A stretch of 64,000 nt of DNA from Podarcis erhardii. Taxonomy: Eukaryota. A program made the position numbers and the translations under genes. The stretch lies in NCBI GenBank assembly GCA_964252035.1, contig OZ176200.1, one strand, 5' to 3'. Below are positions 36,601-46,355 of this stretch, one piece after another; the first letter of the stretch is position 1, and every line of letters starts with the position of its first letter. The notes beneath the pieces were generated by a model. That model searched no databases. It had not been told where the DNA came from and saw only the letters and a list, made by a program, of their open reading frames with translations.

Positions 36601-37760
36601 TAGGCAGGATTTAAGACGAGGACTAACTGCTGTTTTATCATGAAGTCTTGAGAGTTGTTTTCTCAGGCATAAAGCAGTTTTTGCTTCAAAGGGCTTTGTA
36701 ATGTGAATGTAAAATCTACATTGAACCAGAATACCATGGATGTCTTATCTTCTGCAGCAACATCAGTAACATCCAAGAGGCTCAAATGTCATTTAGGCAT
36801 TATGTGTGACAATTCCTGGAATCTTGCTTTTAATCTTTTGTAACAAAGCAACTTAAGACTGGCTGCATATCTCTGTGTACATGTGTGCCCTTCATCCTCT
36901 GCTGATTTTGTTGGATATGTCATCTGCAGCCGTTAGTTGTATGCAACAAAGTGTGTCTAGCCACGGTTTGGGACCATTGGATTGTAACTAGGAATTGCTA
37001 TACACAACTTAGTTCTCCGATGAATATGTGTGCCATTGCATGGACAACATCTTTCCTATCCATTTGTAGAAGAAAATCCTCCACAGGGCTCTGGTTTCTC
37101 CCCAAAGCTGATTGTTTATGGACTGACACATCAGAAAATGGTGCTTTCCTAAGAGAATAAATGTCAGATCCCTTTTTTTTTTTTTGGCTCCCCAAGCTGT
37201 CCAATATCAAACTGCTTCTAGAATCGTTATACTAGTGACTGTTAACATGCCAGGATTCTGTAATTTCTCAGCTTTATACTCTGAAGCTAGTAGTAACAAA
37301 CATCTGTTCTACTTAAGCCATATCTTATCCTTATGCTCTCTTTTTCAGTGCTGGTGCTTTTGCATCTTTCTGTCAAACCATTGAGTCTGCCTTTGCTAGC
37401 ATGTCACTTCAACAGTATACTACTGAAAAATAAGGTCAGACATGTAAAGGGCACAGCAGACTACTAAAAATACACTTTTAAAAATATTTGCAACAATCAT
37501 TTCTGTGGTGGTGGTGGTGGTGGTGTGGTAGGGATTGTATTAAGAGCTTAAAAAATTTCAAGGTGCAAACGAATTCCACAGCCTTAATCATTTTCAGTCT
37601 TTTGCTGGTCTGCCTTAAGTGTTATCTCATTATTTTATTATTGATTTTGTTTTGTATGCATATGTGTTTTCTAAAACATTTTGTAAATATTTTATTTATA
37701 CTTCTGATTCTTCATGTGTAATGTTGTAAAGTGATTTCCTGCTGTCACATGTTCTTACTC
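33642..37760 (+). other. KALRN: Probable long KALRN 3' UTR (end uncertain)
   Basis: Follows the stop codon; AATAAA at 34030 and 36219; U-rich block near 37640-37750 with a Pumilio-type TGTAAATA at 37682. Confidence 0.45.
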
Positions 37761-38903
37761 TTCTGCAGTATATATAAATATATATGTTATCTACAGATGA
37801 TAAAATCTACATTTTAGGCTATTGCCTTCCTTATAAATACAATATACAAAAGATTCAAGTATGGGATTTTTATTTTTTAATATAAAAGCAATTCTGCTGA
37901 TAAAATCAATTAAGACGGATATTATAAAGACAAGCTTTTATTTTGACTTATATGACACTGTATAGTATGGGGAGAGAACACAGGAGAAGAAATTGTGAGA
38001 GCTGCCTGCCATGTAAAGCCTTTAGATACAGCTGAAAAGTAAGGGGGGGTGCTTAATGAAAGTCCATTATCTATACTACTTTTCTAAAATAGGATTTATG
38101 ATTTGACATATGTGCTTTAATACTGTAATATGAACCTTGAAATAATGAGAATTGATTAGCTCTACTGTGTTCGGGCAAATTCGATTTTGATATTGCTAAC
38201 ACTACCTTTAAAAAAAATACAAATTTTGCTACATGACGAACACCAAAACTGTTAATTTCCTCTGGTCTATGTTGATCAGGCTACTCAGTGCTAAAGGTGG
38301 TAGTGTGTGACCCCGAACTTTTAGCAGAGCCTAAAGATTAAACGTCCGTAACAGAGGACGTCCTTAATGTGAGAAATGCCCGAGCTCTTACGAAGCGAGT
38401 AGATCCGAACGTGCTAGACGACCCTGCAGGTGATTATTGGCTCCCAGGGGGGTGCGGCTGAAAATAAATACCGTAAATTATAATAACTGAACTGAACTAA
38501 CCAATTGCGTCACAGATAACTCGGTTCTGCCGCCTTCCCCAATAATTCCTGGCTACGGCCATGCTCCCAGGTCCTTATTTGCACCAAAGTTCAAAACACA
38601 TCTCAATCGGGAAAACCTGTAGTCCTTTCTTTAAAAAGTTATCCATCCCTGAGAAGCCCGAAGCTTCTCTTTCAAAATGGACCCTATTCAGTATTCTTCC
38701 GACGCAAATGTTGCTTCCAGTGTCGTTGTCGTCCCTCCATCCATCCTAGTGCTGCACTCCGAGGGATTTTTCCTTTGGCGATGGAGTTTTTATTCGGCTT
38801 TTGGACGCACAGGCGGCGCCCCCACTGCGAGTGCATGGCCCTCTTCTCGTACTCCCCTAAATTAAATGTACACACCGCTTTCCCCCTCAAACGCCTCCAA
38901 GGC

Positions 38904-39042
38904 ATGGGCGTAGCTAAGGGGGGCATCTGCCTCCCTCGATCAAGTAAAACAATAGAAATAACAAACTGACCAACCACGTCGGTCCTACCTCCCCCAACAA
39001 AAGTCCTGCCCCCCCCCCCACATAAATCCTGTCTACGCCCAT
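38904..39042 (+). mobile_element. MITE with ATGGGCGTAGC TIRs (PIF/Harbinger-like, tentative)
   Basis: atgggcgtagctaagg ... cctgtctacgcccat inverted termini; a second degenerate copy ends cctggctacggccatg at about 38563. Confidence 0.65.
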
Positions 39043-39359
39043 CTCTCCTCTCCTGGGTAGCTCTATTCTAGAGACCGGGTTGGGGGGGGGGAGTCGCCGC
39101 TTTGTGCCTCTACACCAGTGTCTGCTAGGTGATGTCCACACGCGTCCACCCGGACACACGTGCACCAGAATATCCGTGTAGTAGTAGCACAAGCAACTGC
39201 AAAACAAGCCTCCCTGCCTTCTCCGCGGAGCATATACAACCTTCACTCCTCCTCCGGTACCAATTGCACCCCCTTCTTTCCAAGCAAATAGCACCGGCTA
39301 GGATGCAAGAGAAACCCAGGTGCCACTAATACAATAGTAGGTCCGGTTGGGTAAGAGTA

Positions 39360-39780
39360 GTCTCCCCTAGCGCGCATGTGCACGTGGCGCCTCGTAAGGA
39401 ATCGCCCCGTTTCCTAGCGACAGAGGAGGGTTGCCCCGCCCCGCCTTGCCTTGCGTCATTACTCGGCGACTGCCCCGGCGCGCGCTGTCCTCCGTACGTA
39501 CGCACGAGAGCCTGGAAGGATGGAAGCGTTAGCCTCGGAGCTGTACGGCGTGCAGGCGGTGCGCTTCGGCGAGTTCGTGCTCAAGAGCGGCCTCCTCTCC
39601 CCGGCCTATGTCGACCTGCGCGTCATCGTGTCGCACCCGGCCCTGCTCAACAAGGTGAGCCCCACGGGCGGGCGGGCGGGCGGGAGCGGGGCGCGCGTGA
39701 GGGAGGAAGGCGGGGCCGAGGCAGTTGGAGGAGGGAGGCCGAGAGACCAGCGCCTCGTGTTTCTGTTGCAGCTGGGGGTC
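39360..39780 (+). promoter_or_regulatory. CpG-island promoter and first exon of UMPS
   Basis: Dense CpG; NRF1-like GCGCATGTGC 39372, E-box CACGTG 39381, GC boxes 39433-39445, CRE-like TGCGTCA 39452. Confidence 0.85.
39520..39654 (+). CDS. UMPS: UMP synthase exon 1 (OPRTase N-terminus)
   Basis: aggATGG strong Kozak; [24 protein letters not shown]...PALLNK|gtgagc; 135 nt. Confidence 0.94.
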
Positions 39781-40713
39781 ATTATAAGCTGCGCTGTGCA
39801 GCTGTAAGAACTGGTCCTGACTGGGGTTTGCCTCTCCACATTTTTTTTCTTCCCCCTTTTGGGGGAAAAGGGTTTACGAGGGTGTAAACGGGGGGCAGCT
39901 TGCTGCTATCGAATTTATGTCAGCTTCTCTGTGAGCCTTTTCAGCAGGACAAAAATGCTTTAATGCCTTTTCTAATTTAGTGTTCTCGATACTAACGGAC
40001 AACAGCTGTCATCACCTCCGGCCCTAACCATGTTGACTGGGACTGAGAGGAGTTGGAGGCCAGCCATGCCTGAAGATTTGAAAAGCCTCTTTTAAACAAG
40101 CAAACAAACATGGCAAGAGTGTTAGAAGAGTCAGAAAGGGACCACGAAGGTCAACTAGTTGCTGGGGAAGAGGGCGGTTGTCAAAGATACAATCCTGCCA
40201 GCTAGTAGTACTCCTGGAACCATGTTGGGGTGGGTTTTTCCCTCATGCATAATTGGCTGTAGTGGAAGGTGAGGTTGAGGGATATGGGTGGAAGAAGGGC
40301 ACAAAGAGATAAGAACATTGTTCTGTCTTGTCAGCATTGTTGCAAAGGATACCCTTCTCAGAACTCGGTAGCATACCTTATCATTTATGCCATATTCAAC
40401 CAAATAGTTGTGCTAGCGGAACTCAACACAAGAATTCCCACTAGTGCAACAGAGATCACACAAATACATGATTCTTCCAAGGAAATAAATAAGCTATCAC
40501 TGCTTGTTGCTCCTCAACCTAAATACAAAGAACACAAGCATAATTAAGTGATGAAGTAAGCATCATGTGAAGAAACAAAATCCATGTGATCTTTGGTGCT
40601 TATGGTTTCACTTTCTGGTGATTCTTTGTGGACTCTCCTTATTTTATTGACAATGTATTAATGTTTGGTTATAATGGTAGAACCTATCTAATATTTAAAA
40701 CAATTTCTTTCAG

Positions 40714-40867
40714 GTAGCAGGTTTCCTTTTTCAAACAGCAAAGGATGCTGCAATCAAGTATGACTCTGTGTGCGGGGTCCCATACACGGCTTTGCCCCTG
40801 GCTACAATCATCTGCTCAACCAACCAGATCCCAATGCTTATACGGCGAAAAGAAGCTAAAGATTATG
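40714..40867 (+). CDS. UMPS: UMP synthase exon 2
   Basis: tcag|VAGFLFQTA...[12 protein letters not shown]...[11 protein letters not shown]|gtaaaa; 154 nt. Confidence 0.97.
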
Positions 40868-41036
40868 GTAAAAAGAATCAGATTTACCTAGATCATATAT
40901 ATTGGCATTATAAGCAATGAATATTCAAGACAGCAAATATGTTTATAATAAATTAACAAAGTTTCCAACTTCCTCGGTAGTGTGTATACAGTTTGTTGTT
41001 TTAGCAGATCTAGAAAGGTAATAATTTGATGTACAT

Positions 41037-41163
41037 AACACACCTGTGTTTTGACCAAACTGCGGGAGGTAGTGGAAGACAGAAGTGCCTGGCGTGCTCT
41101 GGTCCATGGGGTCATGAAGAGTCGAACATGACTAAACGACTAAACAAAAACAACACACCTGTG
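41037..41163 (+). mobile_element. 5'-truncated RTE-BovB/Sauria-type insertion with 12-bp TSD
   Basis: AACACACCTGTG at 41037-41048 and 41152-41163 flanks a body ending catggggtcatgaagagtcgaacatgactaaacgactaaacaa. Confidence 0.85.
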
Positions 41164-41241
41164 ATTTAGGAGCCTTAGTGCAGAAGTTTTAACCACAAGT
41201 TTTTATTAACTGGTGTAGTGCACGTGTTGTTTTTAATAATA

Positions 41242-41466
41242 CAGTGGTACCTCTAGTTACAAACTTAATTCTTTCCGGAGGTCTGTTCTTAACCTGAAAC
41301 TGTTCTTAACTAGAGGCGTGCTTTCGCTAATGGGGCCTCTTGCTGCCGCTGCGCCGCCAGCACACAATTTCCATTCTCATCCTGGGGCAAAGTTCTCAAC
41401 TCGAGGTAACTCTTCCAGGTTAGTGGAGTTTGTAACCTGAGGCGTTTGTAACTCGAGGTACCACTG
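41242..41466 (-). mobile_element. Tc1/mariner MITE, copy 2
   Basis: CAGTGGTACCTC / GAGGTACCACTG TIRs, TA flanks; opposite orientation to copy 1. Confidence 0.88.
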
Positions 41467-41556
41467 TAGTAGCAATAATATTTTCAGTTGAGCTGGCAAG
41501 CTTGGTTTTTTTTGTATTGGTAGGTTAATGAAAAATGCCCTTTTTTGCTTCAAAAG

Positions 41557-42225
41557 GTACCAAACGTCTTGTGGAGGGGACTATAAACTCAGGAGAAACT
41601 TGTCTGATCATTGAAGATATAGTTACCACTGGTTCAAGTGTTCTGGAGACGGCAGAGACCCTTCGGAAAGAGGGGTTGAAGGTTACAGATGCTATAGTGC
41701 TTTTGGACAGAGAGCAAGGAGGGGTAGCCCTGTTGGAGAAGCATGGCATACGCCTACACTCTGTATGCACCTTATCTAAAATTCTCAAGATCCTTGAGCA
41801 GCAAGAAAAAGTTTCTCCTGAGATGGTGGCAAGAGTAGAAAAATTCATCCAGGAGAATATTATTAAACCACCTGAGCAAAATGGTACTCCTCCCGTGAAA
41901 AGAATGTGCAAAGAAATGAGCTTTGCTGCTCGGGCTGAACTGCCAGACACTCATCCCCTCGCTGCACAACTTCTCAGGCTGATGGAGAAAAAGCAGTCTA
42001 ATTTGTGTCTTTCTGCTGATGTGACTAACTCCAAAGAATTGCTCCAGCTCGCTGCGACTTTGGGCCCTTCCATCTGTATCTTGAAGACTCACATTGATAT
42101 TCTGGATGATTTCACCCAAGAAATAGCCAAGGAGTTGAGAGCACTTGCAGATAAGCATGAATTCTTGATATTTGAAGATCGCAAGTTTGCAGACATTGGA
42201 AATACTGTGAAGCATCAGTATGAAG
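41557..42225 (+). CDS. UMPS: UMP synthase exon 3 (OPRTase PRPP motif, linker, ODCase catalytic motif)
   Basis: aaag|(G)TKRLVEG...[13 protein letters not shown]...KTHIDI...[12 protein letters not shown]...QYE|gtgaat; 669 nt. Confidence 0.98.
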
Positions 42226-42679
42226 GTGAATTTGGCATAACTACTAACCCCTCTCCTCTTTTCAACCTATAATGTGTTGCATATCTCTATAGGGCTGCAT
42301 ATGTTCCTAGTACTCTTAATTTGAAATGTTGATGTGGCCTTCACTGACTTGAAACTAGCTCTTTATTTTCAAGCCTTCAAGGGCCTTGCTTTTGAGCTGA
42401 CTTTTATTCAAATTGTATGCTATATTGAGAAAAATAATACTGAGGAAACCAAGCCTGAGGCTAGCCTACAGGGTGCTAACAAATATAGAATATTGATATT
42501 CCATATCGTGATAGTACTGTGTAGTTATGACCTTGATAGGTGTAGAAAATATGACTTTGGACAATATTTCTACAGTGGTAATAAAAGTTGTGAAAAGGGT
42601 ATCCCTGGTCAATCTCTTAAGTAGTTATCTGATTGCCAAAAAGACGCTTAACTGATACCTTGTCTGTTTTCTGTTTCAG

Positions 42680-42855
42680 GTGGTATTTTCAAAATAGCAT
42701 CCTGGTCAGATATAGTTAATGCTCATGCTGTTCCTGGACCTGGAGTTGTTAAGGGATTGAAAGAAATAGGGCATCCTTTACAAAGAGGATGTCTCTTGAT
42801 CGGTGAGATGAGCTCAGAAGGGTCGCTGGCCACTGGTGACTATACAAAAGCTGTG
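42680..42855 (+). CDS. UMPS: UMP synthase exon 4
   Basis: tcag|(G)[15 protein letters not shown]...[13 protein letters not shown]...KAV|gtaagt; 176 nt. Confidence 0.97.
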
Positions 42856-43448
42856 GTAAGTTGGAGCGTTCATCTCAACAAAATATCTTGAATGGTCTAG
42901 ATCTCCCACCACCACCACCACCATCTGGGAGGAGGGGGGAAGCTCTTTTGAAAAGCAGCATTTCTTGGATTTTAATGTGCTACTTTAAGTTTCTCCAATT
43001 GGACATAGCCAGCAAAGATAATATTTGCTGGTGCTTTTTCTGGAATAGATCAGAATGGAAGTGTAGCAGCATAATACTGCAGTGAAATTAATGTCTGAGG
43101 AAAAGTAGTGGGAGTTTACACTTCTGAAAAATGAAAAACAAAGTTCTTGGGGGAGTGTGGGTAGGAATTGAGGGAAATGGGGTGAGGCAAAGGAAGCAAG
43201 GAGGTTATGTTTGTGATTGGCATGCTCATTTGCTAATGAGATAATGGTATCCATTGTGAACGGAGGTAAGTGGATTGTATGATGTTCTGATCAGTACAGT
43301 CTCTTGATTCTTTATCATGTCTTGATTTTGTTAAGGCTGCAAGTCTTTGTGCTTGCATAATAGCACCTTGTTTAGTATTTGTACCTCCATTCTAGAGCAA
43401 GAGTGTAAAGCATTTTCTAACTGCTCTTGTTTACTTGTTTTCCTTTAG

Positions 43449-43563
43449 GTTAAAATGGCAGAGGAACACTCGGATTTTATTCTGGGATTTATTTCTGGCT
43501 CCAGAATTATTGACAAACCTGAATTTCTTCATCTGACTCCTGGTGTTCAGATGCTGGCTGGAG
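43449..43563 (+). CDS. UMPS: UMP synthase exon 5
   Basis: ttag|[17 protein letters not shown]...[11 protein letters not shown]|gtaagc; 115 nt. Confidence 0.97.
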
Positions 43564-44566
43564 GTAAGCAATTCTGTGGCACTTTATTTGATGGTACAAA
43601 ATATTTATGAAAATACCAGAATAATTGAAATAATTCAGAGGTACACTCATAAATATTTCTGGTTTGTATGCTGGTGAGGGTGAAAATGCAGTCAAAGTCC
43701 CAAGTAGTTCCTTTCAGATTATACCCTTCCCTGTCCTAACATTAAGATTGCCTTTAGATTTGTATGTCTGGTTCTGCATTCCCTAGCCTTGGGTGAGAGA
43801 TCACATCCAAATAGTCTCAGAATTGCCCAATTCATGTACTACAGTGAGGAGAGTGGGGAAGATGATAAACAGGTCTACAAAGTAAAATGTAGAAGTAAAA
43901 CATACTAACCGTTCCACACTAGGAGCAGCCAAATAAGTTCAGTATCATAAAATACAATATACAAGTTCCCTAAATGTTCATAATGCTCTGTCCAGTATTT
44001 TCTTATTTCATTCACTGAAAACTAACTAGATATTAAGGTTACTGGAAATAATTTCCTACTTATCTGTGCTTGTATGCAAGTTCAGAATTTGTAACAGCAG
44101 ACAAATCACATCTCTCACATATGTTTCCATGTGTCAATCGCTTGGTTTCCACTTGCACAGTGGAACTCTCCCCTGTAGCCTCCTGCGCTACACTGTAGGG
44201 TGCTGGAGGTCCCTCCAGGGCAGATCTTAAGGGTCTGTTGGGAGAGGAATGGGAAGTCCTGCTGTATGCGTGGATCTCTGCACACATAGGCTGCAAACCA
44301 GTCCCTGCTGTGTTGTATGCAACCTTGCAATGCTTTAAATTATATGCAAATATCAAGGCATATTTGCCATGGATATGCCAGTGAGGCTTTATGTTTCATA
44401 TTTAATCAGTGTTAATAACCCTTTAAGAAAGCTGTTATTTTGTGCTATTTGGTTATTATTATTTGCTCTGATGTGCAGTACCTCATGTTGTTGATTATCT
44501 CATCTTGGTTAGATCCTTTTAGAACATGCTTATTTCCTGTGCACACTTAATAGCATTTTAATAATA

Positions 44567-44807
44567 CAGTGGTACCTCGGTTTACGAACTTAATCTGTTC
44601 CGGAAGTCTGTTCTTAAACCAAAACCATTCTTAAACCGAGGCGTGCTTTCCCCAATGAGGCCTCCCGCTGCCAGTGCCCTTCCATCGTTCAGATTCCGTT
44701 GTAAGACGGAGGTAAAGTTCTCAAACCAAGACACTGTTTCCATTTTTGCAGAGTTTGTAAACCAAATCGTTCTTAAACCGGACTGTTCTTAAACCGAGGT
44801 ATCAGTG
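44567..44807 (-). mobile_element. Tc1/mariner MITE, copy 3 (divergent variant)
   Basis: CAGTGGTACCTCGGTTTA / TAAACCGAGGTATCAGTG, TA flanks. Confidence 0.85.
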
Positions 44808-44945
44808 TATAAGGATAAATCTGTACCCAGTGTTAGCATGGGGAACACTTTCTGGAGTTCACCAGCATTCTTGAAACTCTTTTATGAAGGAAACTCCTGG
44901 AGAGCAAGCATAACATGGCATATTTGTGATTGTGATCCATTGCAG

Positions 44946-45121
44946 GTGATAAGCTTGGGCAGAAGTACCTCAGCCCTCAGGAAGTGATTGGTAAAAGAGG
45001 TTCAGATATCATCATTGTCGGCCGTGGTATCTTATCTGCGCCCAGTCGCCCAGATGAAGCAGAGACTTATAGGAAAGTAGCATGGGAAAGCTACTTGCAG
45101 AGAATTGGTGCACAAAAATAG
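44946..45121 (+). CDS. UMPS: UMP synthase exon 6
   Basis: gcag|(G)DKLGQKY...[10 protein letters not shown]...[12 protein letters not shown]; spliced CDS totals 1425 nt (474 aa). Confidence 0.97.
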
Positions 45122-46054
45122 CACAACTGCTGTGTTTCATTAAGCAAACCAAATTCTAGAAGCAGGAAGGATCGAGCAGGTAATTCTTTCTTGTTATTTT
45201 GCCTAATGTTGTTGTATGTTAAAATTCTGCTATAAAGTTATTTGAGAATCAGTACAGAAATTGTAAATTTTGACTCTGAATTCAAACAGCTGTGTGTCGT
45301 CTGCTATCCCATTTTTAAAAACACTTTAAAGGGCTTTTTTTTTTTTAACTCCAGTGGTTTTGTGAACCACAGAGCCATAAAGATTGTGAGAAAAGAGGAA
45401 GCCAAGCAAATCCTGATCACATTGCATTTGCAGTTGTTTAAAGTTCTTAGTTGCTGTTCTCAGTTGTGTTAAAATGTAAGGACTGAGAGTGTAATAGGGC
45501 GCTAGGCCCTCTTCCACAGAGCCCTTTCTCCATCCAGCATTTGGTGCTTTAGATCATGATGTGAAATACGTTTCAAAATCTTGCTCAGGTGCAGAAATTG
45601 TGTGCCTTAGATATTAATATGCTTGTGTACTACGTGGAGATGATGCATTCCATTAATGATCTGCTACCTCAAAGCACATCCAGGATCCTTGCTTCTCAAT
45701 TGCCTCACTGGTAAAATGCAGTGGTTGTCACAACAATAAAGTAAACTTCAAAAAGACTATGTTTAAATGGTATGAGAATGGGAAGATCTTTTTGTACATT
45801 AAAAACTCTGGATGATACCCAGTGCATGGATATCCTCTTCCTCCCCCTGAGCCCCCCCCCCAAAATCTGCCATGAAATGTCCCCAACCCTCTGGAGTAGA
45901 GGAAGGGCAAGTTCCACTGTGAGCAGAAGTATGTTCCACTTGCAGACAAGACAAAGTTGGGTGTCAATATATGCTTTTGTAAATTTCAAGCCCTTCTAGT
46001 GAACATTTGCATTCTAGAGATCTTGACTTAAAAAAAAAGAAATTTGTATCATTG

Positions 46055-46060
46055 AATAAA
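46055..46060 (+). terminator. Candidate UMPS poly(A) signal
   Basis: AATAAA about 930 nt after the stop codon. Confidence 0.55.
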
Positions 46061-46116
46061 ATTTAAGCCACCAGAGGGTGCTATAACCCTTTGTGTTTTT
46101 CAAAAGTTTCTTTACT

Positions 46117-46355
46117 TAGGGTTGCCATGCATCCGGAATTTCCCAGACATATTTGGAATACCGCAGTCATCAGCAGTGTCTGGACAGAAATCACCCAACT
46201 GGGAAAATCTGGACATATGGCAGCCCATGTCAGCAATGCCAATTTGGCCAATTTTTCCTTAAAATAGCTGCAAAATGTCAATTTTTTTGCAATCTTGCCA
46301 GAAAAAGCACAACTTTTCTGTCCGGATTTTCACTGTTTGAAATATGGCAACCCTA
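46117..46355 (+). mobile_element. hAT MITE with TAGGGTTGCCA TIRs
   Basis: tagggttgcca...tggcaacccta; flanks ctttact / ctttacat are a near-perfect 8-bp TSD. Confidence 0.85.

Noticed and set aside
39451-39519. N-terminal extension of UMPS from the ORF-track start
   Set aside because: The start is TTG inside the promoter motifs. The ATG at 39520 has a strong Kozak context and is where homology begins.
39378-39887. 169-aa ORF over the UMPS CpG island
   Set aside because: Alternative-frame artefact of very high GC content.
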